Of a stretch of 64,000 nt of DNA, positions 36,761 through 50,020 are shown in pieces. This DNA is from Lama guanicoe. Lineage: Eukaryota. The stretch lies in contig MU053881.1 in assembly GCA_013239625.1 (NCBI GenBank), positions 3,598,001-3,662,000 of the forward strand, read 5' to 3'. The translations under genes and the position numbers were made by a program. Below the pieces are notes generated by a model. The model was given only the letters and a program-made list of their open reading frames with translations. It was not told the DNA's origin and did no database searches. How positions within the stretch are numbered: the first letter of the stretch is position 1; every line of letters starts with the position of its first letter.

Positions 36761-38559
36761 AATAGTAGCAGAATGAAGTAGTAGGTGATATGCTCTGGTT
36801 TCTCTTGATAGGGTGGAAGATCTGGCAGTATGATCCAGAAGCCTGTCTGGAAAATCAGCCAAACCCATTGCCACCCATCACCCATTTCGCTTATCTTTCT
36901 ATTACTTGCCCAGGTCTTGTGGGTTCTTGAGCCTCAGACCTCGGCTGCAGGGTGGGTTAGAGAACACAAACAGTAAAGATCTTTTCCCATAGGAGGCACT
37001 CAGTGCTTGTCACAGAAAGGCAGAGAAAGACGGAGGAAGAGAAGATGCTTCTCTGGCAGAACCACCCGGATTTGATAACAGACAGAATCTGGGGAGTAGA
37101 GAAGAAGAGCTAAAAAAAAAAAAAGTGCTTCTGAGACATCAGGTCCAGGTGGCTGGATGGTGAGTGTTATGTTAATATAATTTGGACATTTGGAAAGTTG
37201 AAATATCAGAGTCCAGTGTGTGAATGAATTGTGGATCCAATAGCTGGATTTGTTGGTGGATCCAATAGCTGGTAAATGAACCCAACTCAAAGTGCCCGGG
37301 CTAAGAGATACATGCAGAGTCTACTTAACGCTGGCTTCTACAAACAAAGACGTAGTTTGGGGAAAGGTGGTAGCCTTTGAAGACCTGAAGTTTTCAAACT
37401 GGCTCACTACATAAAGAAAGCAGTAAGAGTTTGCTGGAAAATATAAGAGGAGAATTTCCAGACAGCCCCTCTAGCCATCCTCACCTTGAATCTCTGGAGA
37501 ACCATGTTTCTGTCTGACAAAGCAAGTTTCTCTGTTCTTTCCAGATAATAGATGGTCAGAGGGCAACAGAGGAGCTAATTAACTTCAGTTTTATCAAGTG
37601 CAGAATGCCCAGGTGTGTTAGACTGAGGAACAAGAGGAAAAGCAAATTGCTTCCAAAAATAAGCCCAGGTCAGAAGGCGAAGCATCAAGAGATTTGGAAT
37701 TTTGAAGCGAACATAAGGAATTCAACAATGTTTCTTAAGACCTTTACTCTGCAGAAAGTAGTTGTAATTTAATCTAACAGTGACGTTAAGTGGAATTGAC
37801 AAGAGGAGCCAACAGCACCTTATGACACCGTCAGATGAAGTTAGCGTGAATATTCTAATGCTGAAATGCAACAGGAGGCCAGGCTTAAACTCTGGTCCTT
37901 TATAACAGCTCACCTGTAGTTTCCTAAATTGGCACTTCAAGTTTCTATTCTTTTGTACCAGCTGTTTCTTCTGCTTAGAAAGCCCTTTCTGTTCTTCTTT
38001 GATTGACAAAGGAACTTTTTATGTGAAGGCTCACTTGCCCACCCTGACAGAATTAAAATTAGGAACTACTTCTTTTGTGTACATCTCTGTTCTAGAATAC
38101 ATTTCACTGTGTGGGAATTATGTGTTTGTGGACGCTCTTCTTCCTCCAATTCAAACACTGATTGAATAAATAATTGAATGTCCACATTGAACTAAATATT
38201 TTCAGCAGAAGTGGAAAATTCTGGCAATTCACCAGATGATTTAGTAAACGCAATGTGGAGCAATTACCTGACAAGAACTAACTGGACTTTTTAGTGTCCT
38301 CCAAATATGGGGGACCTGTGCTCTGACTGCTGGTGGCTACCTTGTCACAGACGTGCAAGCAGGAAGGCAAGTGGTCATTGCTGATGCCCATTTCTCATTG
38401 TTTCTAGCCCCTCTCCCTCTGGCTGAAGTGATTTCTAGGGGATATAAAGAATCAGTGCCTTTTCCCCCCTTCATTTTTCTCTACCCTCTCCCTTTTGGGG
38501 GTCCAGACATTGAATCAAGGTCATTCAAAAGTAACCACCTATGTAGGGGGTATTAAAAA

Positions 38560-39725
38560 GTTCCTGTGTGCCCAGGTGCAGGCTCAGAAAAGGAGTTAGA
38601 AGGCTTTATGTCTATACTTCACACTGAACCTTGGCACAGTTTACATAAACCCCAAAACAAATAAAAACAACAAAACTTGGAGAAAGGTGGGATGGGAGGG
38701 CACCTGATTTTCAGAGCTACTGCATTATTAGATTCAAATGCCCAGCTTTCAACAATAAAATTTCAAAACATATAAAAAAAAAGTCTCTGAAAATTACCTG
38801 ATGGCAGATCCATTAGGTAAATACTTTAAGACAATTGTTTTAAAGATGCTCAGAGAATTAAAGGATGGCACAGAGAAAAATCAAGAAAAAGATGTAAGAG
38901 ACAAGTGGAAAACCTGCCTCCCAACCCGCCCCCCAAAAAACCCCAACAACTGGAGGTGAAAAGTGCAATAACTAAAGTGAAATACTGACTCGTAGGATTG
39001 AAAGGCAGATTTCAGAATCAGCAAAAAGTGAAGCAAGGACAATGATCAAATCTAAGGAACAGGAAGAAAAAAAAGATGGAAAAAATGAACAAAACACAAA
39101 GGAACGATGGGGCAATATCAAGCGGAGTCATATACGCATTGTGGGAGTCCCAGAAGGAGAAGAGAGAGAAAAGGTAAAAAGAATATCTGAAGAAATAATG
39201 GCCAAAACTTCCCAACTTTGATGAAAGATATGAATTTTTATATTCATATAACCAAATGATTGAAAGATAAAGCCAAAGAGAGACTCTTGAAAGCAGCAAG
39301 GGAGAAGCAACTCATTGCATACCAGGAATTCTCAGTAAGATTGACAGCAGGTTTCTCATCAGAAACTTGAAGGTCAGAAGGCACTAGGTTGATATATTCA
39401 AAGTGCTAAAAGGAAACACTGTCAAATAAGAATCCTATAGCTGGCAAAACTGTCCTTCAAAAGTTGGAGAAAAATTAAGATACTTCCAGATAAATGCAAG
39501 CTGAGGAAGTTCATTACCACTAGACCTGCCCTGAAAGAAACACTAACGGGGGTCCTACAGGTTGAAATGAAAAGACACTAGCCAGTACCTTGAAACCATA
39601 TGAAGAAATAAATATTTCAATAAAAGTAAACAATTGGGCAATTAGAAAAGCTAATATTATTGTAACAATGGTTTGTAACTCCATTTTTTGTTTTCTACAT
39701 GATCTAAGAGACTGATGCATTTAAA
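38560..39725 (+). mobile_element. Old L1M element: 5'UTR end, decayed ORF1 and inter-ORF region
   Basis: ATACGCATTGTGGGAGTCCCAGAAGGAGAAGAGAGAGAAAAG (IRIVGVPEGEEREK), GAAATAATGGCCAAAACTTCCC, GATATATTCAAAGTGCTAAAA, ACCACTAGACCTGCCCTGAAAGAA; frameshifted. Confidence 0.85.
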
Positions 39726-39779
39726 AATTTGTTTTTACATTTACAGCCTTCATATATACAAACAATAAACAGATGACAT

Positions 39780-39905
39780 AGTGTTAGAGAAAGCCCCATT
39801 TAAAATGTAACTGAGATTAAGTACTTAGGAATAAATTTAACAAGAAAGGTTTTACACACAAAAATTACACGCACACACCCACAAATTAAATACTCCTGGA
39901 AGACA
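39780..39905 (+). mobile_element. L1 ORF2 fragment
   Basis: ATTAAGTACTTAGGAATAAATTTAACAAGA encodes IKYLGINLTR. Confidence 0.7.
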
Positions 39906-42900
39906 CAAGAAGCTTTACAGTCAGGGATGCAAATCCATACACAGAGTAACTATTCCAGTAAGAGCAAACCATTGCCCCTCTCATGATTAGATCTGTCCAG
40001 TGTAAGCAGTCTTCCACAAGGTGATGGGCGGATCGCCCTAGGGAATGGTGCCCTATCAATGGCTCAGTGTTGGTCTCTTCCATGCGTGGATTTAGCGTTC
40101 AATAATGGCTGTAGCCAGGTCATCCTTGATGAATGGAAGTGTTTGTTGTTGATCCCACACAGAATCTCCATCACTGCCACCTAGACCACTTTGTTCCTGA
40201 GTCCATTGGGGAATGATAGAAATGGTTGAGGTAGGAGGCTGACTGATAATCCACAGATCAGGTTGTTATTAAAAATACATTTCTCTTGGGATCACTCTTT
40301 GGGAGGCATTCACACCGAATACAAATATCTTTGCATTCTGTGCCCATTAGAGATTCATCCACAGACCTCTTCTCCAAACTTGCCACCAATTTTCTGATCA
40401 AGTTCCTTCCAAGTCCCGGACCACCTAACCAAACTTTCAGCCACAGCCCGTGACACAGTGCATATCTGTATCTCCTGCCATGTTTCCTTCCATACAAAAT
40501 TAACAATCAGGTGCATTTTTCACACTGTTCTAGGACATTAAGACAATGTCTCACATGTCATCATCTGCTAAGAGGGCTTCTCTTCACCACCATGCCTCAG
40601 ATCCATCCTGGAACAGAGCTGCAGCTGGACCTGTCGGCTTTTGGGTGGTGCCTGCCTGTCATGCAAATTGAGCATGTATTTTTTTGCTTTCTCAGGAAGC
40701 TGGACATAGGGAACTGGCCATACAGCCACAGGTACTGATCAGCAATGCAGAGAAGGCAGTGTAGCAGGAATAGGGACCATGAACCTCTGAGCCACTTTCT
40801 CATGTAAGTTCTTTGTATCCTCACGTCCTGCTTGAGCTTGGTCTCACATGTACCACTTCTGTTTGATGCTGGACGTGAACATCAACAGGTTGATGCTGCC
40901 ATGAACCCCAAACTTTATGGCTTCATGGGTCAGACAACAGCCATTTCATGACGAGCAGCTCAGATCACATGATGGCACAGTCAAGTGTTCAGTCTCTGAT
41001 AAGGGTGAGTAATAAGCCAGAAGCTGTCTCCCAAAAGCAGAGCAGTTATTCACAGAGGATAGCAAGTCTTTGCTCAAAAATACTAAGGGTCTGCACTGTT
41101 CACCTACAGGAGGATTCCAAAGGCTTCCCCAACAGCATCCCTAACTGGACACTCTAAGGACTTTGACTATGCTGGGTCGTATGGTTCAAATGGCAGAGAA
41201 GCTTGTATGGCAGCCCATGCCGGCTGCAGGATCTTCTTTTGTTTGGGTCACATCTTCAGGTCACTCAGGAACTGGACTCAAGTTAAATAAATGTTGCCTC
41301 CAATCCCAAAGTGGCCCACAAAGCATTGTGTCTCTTTCTTAGTGGTAGGGAGGACCAGATCATTGACTCGTCCTTTACCTTGGAAAAGATATCTTGTCAT
41401 GTCCTGGACCAGTGGACTTCTTGAAATTTCACCAAGGTGCTAAGACCCTGAAGTTTTGTGGGATGTCTTTCCCACCCTCCCATACACAAGTGTCTTGTTA
41501 AAGTGTTTAAAGCAGGTGCTACTTCCTGCTCGCCGGATCCAATGAGCATAATGCCATCATGTCATGGACCAGCATGATGTCTTGTGGAAGAAAGAGGTGA
41601 TCAGTGTCTCTGAAGACTCTGCTATAATTTAGGGCTGGGGAGTTGATGTATCCCTGAGGTAGGACAGTGAAGGCGTATTGGTGGCTTTGCTAAATGGAAG
41701 TAAATCGCCTCGGATGGTCTTTACCAACAGATAATGAGAAACATACCTTTGCCAATCAACCGCCGTGTACCAGATACCACAAAATGCAATGATTTGCTTC
41801 AGCATCAAAACCACGTCTGGAATAGCAGCTGCAGCTGAAGTCACCACCTGAGTAATTTTGTAATAAACATCTGTCATTCTCTGGTCTGTCTTCTCTGCAG
41901 GCCAAATAGGTGAGTGGAATGGGGATGTGGTAGGAATAATCACCTCTGCACCTTTCAAGGCCTTGATGGTGGCACTAATGTCGGCGATCCCTCTAGGAAT
42001 GCAGTTTGATATTTTCATTGGTAGACATAGTTCTGTTGGCTTCCAGTTGGCCTTTCCTACCACAACAGCTCTGGCTCTGTGGGTCACGGAACTCATGCAG
42101 GGATCCTGCAGTGTGTATATCACACTTCAGAACTGGGAAATGGCCAGAGACTGGGTTCTGGAACCCACTAGGCACACAGGGGAACAGACTTGAGCCAAGA
42201 CTCCATCAATCACCTGACCTCTGTGACCCCCTACCCAGACTGGTGGGCGACAGTGATGTTTTGGGTCTTCAACAGTTAAAGTCAGTTTCCACTGATCACT
42301 GAAAAAGCCTGATTATTTCCCCTTCCCCAATTTAGAGTCGCCCTGGTAAATTGCGACAGATTCTTTGGGTCAGGCTGGGGAGGACGGTTAATAATATACA
42401 TTCTTGGTGGTGAAGCAGGGCCCTCTTCAAGGGGATCCCGGTCCCCCTTCATCTGAAGAGTTCCGGGTCTGTAAACTGGCTCAAGTCTGGGAACTGACTG
42501 AAGGCCATGAGCCTCTGTTTTAATCCTTCAAGCCAGAGTTCTGATAATTAAGTCTAGAGCTCTTCCGCTTCCACTTTGGCCGACTGCTCATCTATTTTAC
42601 TTTTAGAGATGCCATGACCAACTAGTTGATCTCTGAGTTCAAAAATCTCTGTGAGGAGGAATGAAAAGACGGAGCACAAGGGATTTTGGGGGGCAATGAA
42701 ATTATTCTGTATGATACTGTAGTGGTGGCTACATGTCATGCATTGGTCAAAACCCATAGAATGTTCAACATCGAGTGTGATCCCTAATGTAAACTATAGA
42801 CTTCGGCTGATAATAATGTGTTGGTCCATCAATTGTACTAAATACGCCACACTGATGAGGGATGTTGATGGAGGGGAGTATATATGTGTGGGTGGGGAGG

Positions 42901-43768
42901 GCTCTGTGTGATCTCTCCGTATTTTCTGCTCAATTCTGCTGTGAACCTGAAACTGCTCTGAAAGAATAAAGTCCATTAAAGCAAAAAAAAAAAAAAGTCT
43001 CTGTGATTCAGACTGCTCTGATTGCTGCTTTGGTTCCTCTGTCCGTTCCCCTAGCCATGCCCCCTTGTCTTTGGTGATTAAGTGCCACCGCGTGGTCCCT
43101 CCTACCACTCTGGCTCCTGTTGCACCCCCCCCCCGCGTTGGAGACCCCATTCAATGGCAGCACTTCCCATGGCAATTTCTGACCCTCAGAAAAGAGCTAC
43201 CACAGAGAGCTTCGAGGATTCTGGGGGGACCCTACATGAATCTTTTCCTCACAACCGTGTGAGAAGCACGTCCTCTGGACCCTCCTAGGGAGCACGTGCA
43301 AGTCTTCAATGATAAATGCACTCTAGCCTTCCAGGTTTCCTAAGATTTGGGTAACTTCCTCTATAACATAGCAAGGAAGTTCTGTCATTTTCAATTTCAT
43401 TTAATCTAGGCTATTTGGGAGGGTCCATATTTCAACCAACCAAGCAAAGGATGAGAGCCGTTCCTAGTCCTTCAAGGTAAAACACTGAATTTGTGATTAA
43501 TAATTGGCCCCTATCAGTTGATTTCATCTGATCCAACGTCATATTCCTTCCAGTTTGATTCTGCACCCTCAAGATTTCACACATATCCCCCAGGTTTTCA
43601 TCCATATAACTTGGTGATCGTTTGGTATGTATCCCATCTCATCACGAGTCACACTTCGTGCCTCATCCTTCGGCGGTCTGCTGGAAAGTAGGCTTAGATA
43701 TGGATCTAGATACAAGGAGAGGTGGTGGGGGTAGGTCTTGAGGAAAATCACACTTCAGAATCCCATGT
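39906..43768 (-). mobile_element. Defective ERV-L (class III) internal segment: gag-pro-RT-RNaseH-partial integrase
   Basis: ORF 41629-42123(-) reads VIIPTTSPFHSPIWPAEKTD..QVVTSAAAAIPDVV..GIWYTAVD (ERV-L RT); LPQDIMLVH-/-GIMLIGSGEQEVA with YIDD destroyed at about 41520-41590; integrase-like YSVYGFA near 39930; many stops and frameshifts. Confidence 0.9.
42655..42992 (+). mobile_element. L1MC-type 3' end inserted into ERV-L gag
   Basis: CTGTATGATACTGTAGTGGTGG..CCCTAATGTAAACTATAGAC..GCTGTGAACCTGAAACTGCTCTGAAAGAATAAAGTC + poly(A); TSD AAAAATCTCTGTGA (42641-42654) / AAAAGTCTCTGTGA (42993-43006). Confidence 0.85.
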
Positions 43769-43784
43769 AACTATAATTTTTTTT

Positions 43785-43935
43785 TTTAACTGAGGCAGAT
43801 CTATACGTATGTATTATCTCCAAATTATATTGCTTTGTGAAAAAGAAAATGTGTATCACACTGTATCGTATCTCCCTATTTATACATTTAAAATGTGAAT
43901 GTATAGAGCCATGTATAAGAATATACATGTGGAGT
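43785..43935 (+). mobile_element. L1ME-type 3'UTR fragment
   Basis: AACTGAGGCAGATCTATACGTATG..ATCTCCAAATTATATTGCTTTGTGAAAAAG. Confidence 0.5.
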
Positions 43936-46900
43936 CTCGTATGTGTCTAGAATCTCGCTAGCAGGGCACCCCAAAGCCTGGAGAAGTGCGTGTGGAGGAG
44001 GAAGACCTGTGACTGGACATGAACCAGGGAGGAGCAGAGCTGCAAGGTGACTGCCCCTGAGGCCAGAGCTGGTGGAGTCTGGGGGAGATCGGGATTTGCC
44101 AGAGCCTGTTTGGTTTGTCCCAAAGTGAGGCAGAGGGGCAGATTGTGTCCCCACATCAGCCAGGCATTGGCCACGAGTGTACCCGGAAGGGGCACTAGCC
44201 CGCAGCCCAGGGCCATTCTGGTGCCAGGTGAGGCCTGAATGGTCAGCAGCCATTGCAGCAGTGGCCGCGAGGGAGGCACCTGGGAGCAGCATCGCAGCAT
44301 CCGCTCCCTGCAGCATGGTCACTGCTGTGGAGGGGGGGACAGGTGCCTTGTCCTTCTGTAGATTACATGCATCACATCCTACTTTTCCTGCTGAGTCTAG
44401 CAGAGGGGTGGACAGGGCTAAACAGCAAAGTGTCCTTACATGAAGGGTAACAAGCTTGGCCCGAGGGAGCGGAACGTGGTTCCAGCTCCAGTTCTGGCTG
44501 GACCTAGCTGTGTGACCTGAGTCAAAGCGCTAAGCCTCTCTGGTCTCCCCTGCTCTGATTAGAAACCAAAGAGGCTGTGCCAGTTTACTGCCTGGTTCCC
44601 AGCCGCCCTGGTCACTGTGATTCCCAAGCAGGTGCCCGAAGCCAAAGGGGCAGAAATTTAGTAAAAAAAAGAGGACAATAACAGAGGAAGAGGCGGGTGG
44701 AGATGAAGGAGATTCTAAGATACCTCAGTTACAAGCGCAGGCAGCTGATGCTTGATAAAAAAAAAATTCACCACCACCAAACCTGTGCTGGGTAAAAACA
44801 TTCGAGTGGTTGTCACTCGACAAGCATTTCACTGGCTGAGCTGCTTTGCCGTCTCACCTGGCTGCTTTACCTGCCCGGCTGGTTCCTGGGAAATCTGGAA
44901 AGTTCCAAGCGGCAGCCCAACTGGTGGAGGGTCCATGAATAGCACATCAACTAACAGAACATAAATAAATATTCCTTTTTCAGTTCATTGTTTTTGTGCC
45001 AAATTGGTTATGTTGGCCAGATTATTTGTTTCCGGTTTCAGGTTGGAACTATCCCCCTGGTGGGCCTGCAGGGTGTTTCAAATCATTTCAGCTCCCTGTC
45101 TTGCTTTTCATGGATAATCCAGAAGATCCAGCCACAACAGGGGACACTTTCCTGGGGACAAGCACTGCCCCAGCTGAGCGCGGGCGGGCGGGCCCTGATG
45201 CCAGGCCAGCTCTCCAGACACCGCGGTCCCCTCGGCCCCTCACTCATGACAGCTCCTGCCTGGCCCCTGTGGACATCCGAGTTTTCGATCCTGGCTCTGT
45301 AAGCCTCCTTTCCTCATGTGAAGGGCATCCGCCCCAACTACCTCATCAATTCAGCCAGCAATGCAGGAACATCCAGTAGAGGAGTCAGGGTGCAGGGGCT
45401 GGAAGAGGTTTATGCACGGAGAGCAGGAGAGAGTCTGCAGGGAGCCAGCCAGGAGTCCCGGGAGAAGGCAATTCCTTGCGAGGGATTGAGGCTCTTTGGA
45501 TTAAGGTGCCATGGTGGGGAGTTGAGTAGGGGCAGGGCTCTCCAGGCAGAGGGAAGCACCTGACCAGAGAGACAGAGGCCAGGGCTGACTGCACCAGGGG
45601 CAAGGGCGGTGCCCCCTACCCCGTGGCTCACATGAGGGGGTGGGCAGGACAGCAGGGTGGGGGCCGACGGCGCTCAGCAGGGTGGATGCTGGAAGGCCTC
45701 GAATGCCCAGTGGCTTGACCTCATCCCAGGAGCCATGGAGGGTATAGAAGGGGCTCCTGCACAAGAGCGATGAGGTGGAGTTTGGGTTTTAGCAAATCAC
45801 TCAGGGCCAGGATGGGCGAATGATGGGGATGGAAAAAAGGGGGCAGGGGGGCCAGCTGGAAGCTACTGGATCAATCGAGGCGAGGAGCAAATGAAGACAG
45901 GATTGTGACAAGGTGGCAGCTAGGGGCCAGGACTAGAGAGAGGCAGTTACTCTTCGGGGCCGAGCCAGTGAAGGGTCGGCCCTTGAGATGGGGAGCATCC
46001 TTAAACGCTGCCCTGAGGGCAACACCTCCCTGGCCTCACTGTGGCCCTGGTGACTGTGGGGAAGCCTGGGGGTCACGGGCTCATTATTACTGGCTATTTT
46101 TTTTTTTGCACTCAGGGACTTAGGGGTGAAAGCAGGCACATGGGTTCAAATCTTGACTGGACAACTCCCTGCCATCCCAGTCTTTCTGTTCAGTTGCCAG
46201 CGTTCAGACCAAAGGTCTTCTCTGCCTTGAGGCTGCTGCAGGCAGCCTCGGCCGAAGCAGACGCCCTCCCCCGGCCAGCGATGCTCCGTCTTCCCCGCTG
46301 ATGCCGCTTTCCTTTGAAAGACCCCAGGGCCAGCGGGTTCTCTTTCTCGACCCTGATTTCATAGCCCGTGGCTCCTACGACTCCTTTGTGTCAAGGGTTT
46401 GCCTCCACTGTCTTATTAAATATGGAAAACATCTGTGCTTGGGTTTTTTTAGCAAAAATCCCCACATCTGGAAAATATTGGTCAAGGGTCTAATTAAGTA
46501 TGTCAATGACAAATTGTTCTCACAGGAAGTATTTAGGACGAGCAGATAATTGGGATTTAATGCCCTTGGCCTCGGTCCTTGCCTCCTTGTTTACTTACCC
46601 CAGCAGGGGTGGGGGAAGCTGCCCCCACCCTGACTTCACCCCAGCCCCGCTTATCTGGGGCCCACAGCACCGCAGGAGAGCCAGGCCCTCAGATCAAGAA
46701 ACTGCCTTCAAGCTGAGGAACGAGGGTGGACACTGCGTTTGGAGTCACGTCTCTCAAAGCCACACATGTCCTGCTTCCCCCCACCTTACTGGGACCTCTG
46801 TCCCCTCCACTCTGGACTGAGGCTTCCTGTCAGGCCCACATGCTGTCTGAAAATGAGGCTTCTCTTTCTTGGACTGCTTCCCTGGCTTCATCGCAGAGCC

Positions 46901-47299
46901 CCAGACTTCAGAGGAAATGGGGACCCGCCCCTCCCCTACCCCTAGGGGGCTGTTCCCAACGGCTGAGGTGGGAAACTTAATGCACTTTCAGTACTGTACC
47001 TCCTCCCTCCAAGGGAGGCATTTTCTCATTAATGAAGGGCTTTGAGAACCTTTCAGTCCGTGAAGCTTCTGGAAGGCCCTGCCTCTCCCCGTCCAAGGAG
47101 AGCCTGATCCAAGAGGGCAGCCAGGCTCTGACAGGAGACACCACCTTGGACGGCAGGCGAGCACCCACCTCGGCGCATCAACCGGAAGGCAGATGGCCAA
47201 CGAGGACAGAAAGAGCACAAATTAGAAACGCATATTTTAAAGCCACATTCTGGGCTAGAGGTACTAAAAATTCATTCTTTCAGGCACCTTGAGCCCTCT

Positions 47300-48420
47300 C
47301 GTGTCTACACTCCCCCCACAGGTCCCAAGAGCTCTAATTCAGGACAGCGCCCACGGCCACCCACTTCCTCCTGCTTCCACAGCCACCGCCCTGGTCCTTA
47401 CCGTCACCCTCTGTTGCCTGGACCATGGCAATGGCCTCCTCCGTGGTCTCCCAGCTTCTACACCGACCCCCTTCACCCATTCTCCACATACCAGCCAGGG
47501 CGCTCTGTGCAAATGGGAACCAAACCGTGTTGCTGCCCCTGGGTGGCCTCCCGTCCCAATGAGAATGCTCCCCAGCCCCTACCACAGCCTAGGGCCATCC
47601 CACCTGGTCACTGCCCCCACCCTGGCTCCTCAAACACCCCACTGTCCTCCCCATAGTTTTTGCCACTATTTATGGTCACTGTCATTATTCACTTGCTTGA
47701 TGTCTGTGAACGTCACAAATTTCATGATTGTAGCAACTTTGTCTTACTAGGATGAAGCAAGTAAGCTGCCCTGCACAGGCACTTTCTTAAATTTTGTGCC
47801 CCAGAGACCTCCCTTGCCAGACCCGATTCCCTGCCCGGGTCCCAGTGTCATATCCCCGGTGCCCAGTAACACTTTTCAAATGAATAAATCCTGGCATTCT
47901 CCAAGGTCAAGGGTGCAAAATTCATCCAACTTCCAGTTCCTGTCCAATACACTCAGAGCCTCCTCGACCCTCCACCCCATCACCACCTCCTGGCCCCAAC
48001 CCCTTACCTGCCCTGCTGGCTGCTACACTCCCCTGCCTACCATCCCTCAGTACCCAACTGCTCCTCACTCTGCCACTTGCCACCACCTGCTTTCCAGGCT
48101 CATCCCCCTCAGCTGGTCCTCCCAGTGGTGCCATGTCATCTCTGCATTCGGCCTTCCGCACTCGGTCAAAATGATGGTGTCTGTCCAAAAATGCGGATCA
48201 CATCACACCCTCCCTCTGCTTAACATGCTTCCAAGTTTCCTACTGTCTGTACAGAGAGTCCAAGGTCCTGGGGTGGGCATTCAAGGCTCGGCATGATCTG
48301 AGCCCAGTCGAGTTCTCTGACTGCGTTTCTCCCATTTCGCTGTAACTCTGAACTCCAGCCACTGCAGCCTTCTCCCACTTCTGGGCGTCCGCAGGACCAT
48401 TCTCTCTCCCCGGGATTCCT
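47300..48420 (+). mobile_element. L2 fragments
   Basis: CCACTTCCTCCTGCTTCCACAGCCACCGCCCTGGTCC..GCCTGGACCATGGCAATGGCCTCCTCCGTGGTCTCCCAGCTTC; GGATCACATCACACCCTCCCTCTGCTTAAC. Confidence 0.55.
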
Positions 48421-49239
48421 TCCCCTTGAAGGCCATGTTGTCCGTTAAAGTGAAGTTGATTCCCTTTGCGCTGGCCTCCTTGGAACAGACAGTTCTTTGG
48501 AGTCTTAGGAGGGAACGTTAGCCCTTTGGCATTTTAGGTGCCTACTCAGTTTCCACTAATAATACTGTCGCAGCCAGCTGGTTTATAAAGTACCATCTCT
48601 GTGTTTGCTTCCCTCCTCGCTGAACCTGGGAGGGAGACAGACACCAATTCCCTGGCAGCAGTGAGGGAGGCGAACGTTAGACCCCAAGGCCATTGCATTT
48701 GATTGTTGCAGCCAACCGCCCTCTGTTTCCCTTTAGAGCGGGGCTCCCCAGTGCGCAGAGCCCACAGCACGACACACAATGAACAGAGATGCTCCTCCCA
48801 GCGGTACCGACCCCGTGGCCGGGGGAGGCAACCTCATCTCCACTTCCTTTCCAAGCATGACAGTGACAGTGACGACTTCAAGACGTCAAGATGCGGAAGC
48901 CTGGATTTGGCCCCACCCCCTCCCCACCCCCTCTTGTTAACACAGCGGTCCCCAGGCTCAGCGCCTTTGGGGGATAACGGAATCTGGCTTCAGTTTGATC
49001 ACCTTACTTTGTTTTTAATGCCCTTTCTTTGTTTTATTTTCTTTATGGCAGGTGAGATGGTCTTCCATTTAGAGAAGTAAATAAAGAAATGAAGTCTAAA
49101 ATACATTTTTAAAGGAAAAAATGTGAACCAGTTTAAAGAAACATATCAAGTGACTGAATGGGCCACGTGGTTCCCAGACATGGCAAAACTCGAGAAGGGA
49201 CAAGAGATTCGTGCTCACTTCCCTTCGTTCAGAGTTGTC

Positions 49240-49610
49240 CTTAGGAGGAAGCTGCCTAACAGGGACTGTGTTTCCCTGCGTCACTGCGGAGGGAGGAGCC
49301 TGTGACTAGAAGAAGGATGGAGGTTACATACATCACTTCCAAACCTGGCCCATGCAGACCCCCAGGTGATACCCCAGGCTCTCATCTACAGAATCAGATG
49401 GCTGGAGGGCCACACCCAGGGCAGCCTTGGGGGCTGGATCCTTGCGACATGCTGGCAGCTTTGTCTGCCTGGGTCCCTGAGTGAGCGTGGGACCAGAGGC
49501 TCCCCTTCCCACCCCAGCAGCAATCAAGCTTTCTATGATCGAAAAATAGATTTACGTCAAACTAAGACACTGAGATTTCAGTTCTTCTGCACAGCAGCTG
49601 GCAGCACTGA
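49240..49610 (+). mobile_element. MLT1-type MaLR LTR fragment
   Basis: CATCACTTCCAAACCTGGC..GCCTGGGTCCCTGAGTGA..AAACTAAGACACTGAGATTT..ACAGCAGC. Confidence 0.55.
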
Positions 49611-49724
49611 GAAACTAGAGCCTGGGAAACAGTTTCAGAGCAGGATTTAGGGACTCAAGGACAGCTTGATTTGTCAGCATCTGCCTCCTGTTGGGAGTGA
49701 CTTTCACCAAACCAAGTCCTGTCT

Positions 49725-49778
49725 GTCTCCTTGCTCTTTCTTCCTTCCTTGCTTCTTTTCTTCCTTCCTTGCTTCTTT

Positions 49779-49841
<63 letters not shown>

Positions 49842-49968
49842 CTTTCTTTCTTTTCTTTCTTTCTTTCTTTTTTTTCTTTCTTTTTCTTTCTTTCTTTTAT
49901 TCTTTCTTTCTTTCTCTTTCTTTCTTATCTTTCTTTCTTTCTTTTCTTTCTTTCTCTTTCTTTCTTTC

Positions 49969-50020
<52 letters not shown>

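Noticed and set aside
41629..42123. 164-aa ORF as a domesticated retroviral gene
   Set aside because: It is a chance open fragment of ERV-L RT; the YIDD motif is destroyed and surrounding frames have stops and frameshifts.
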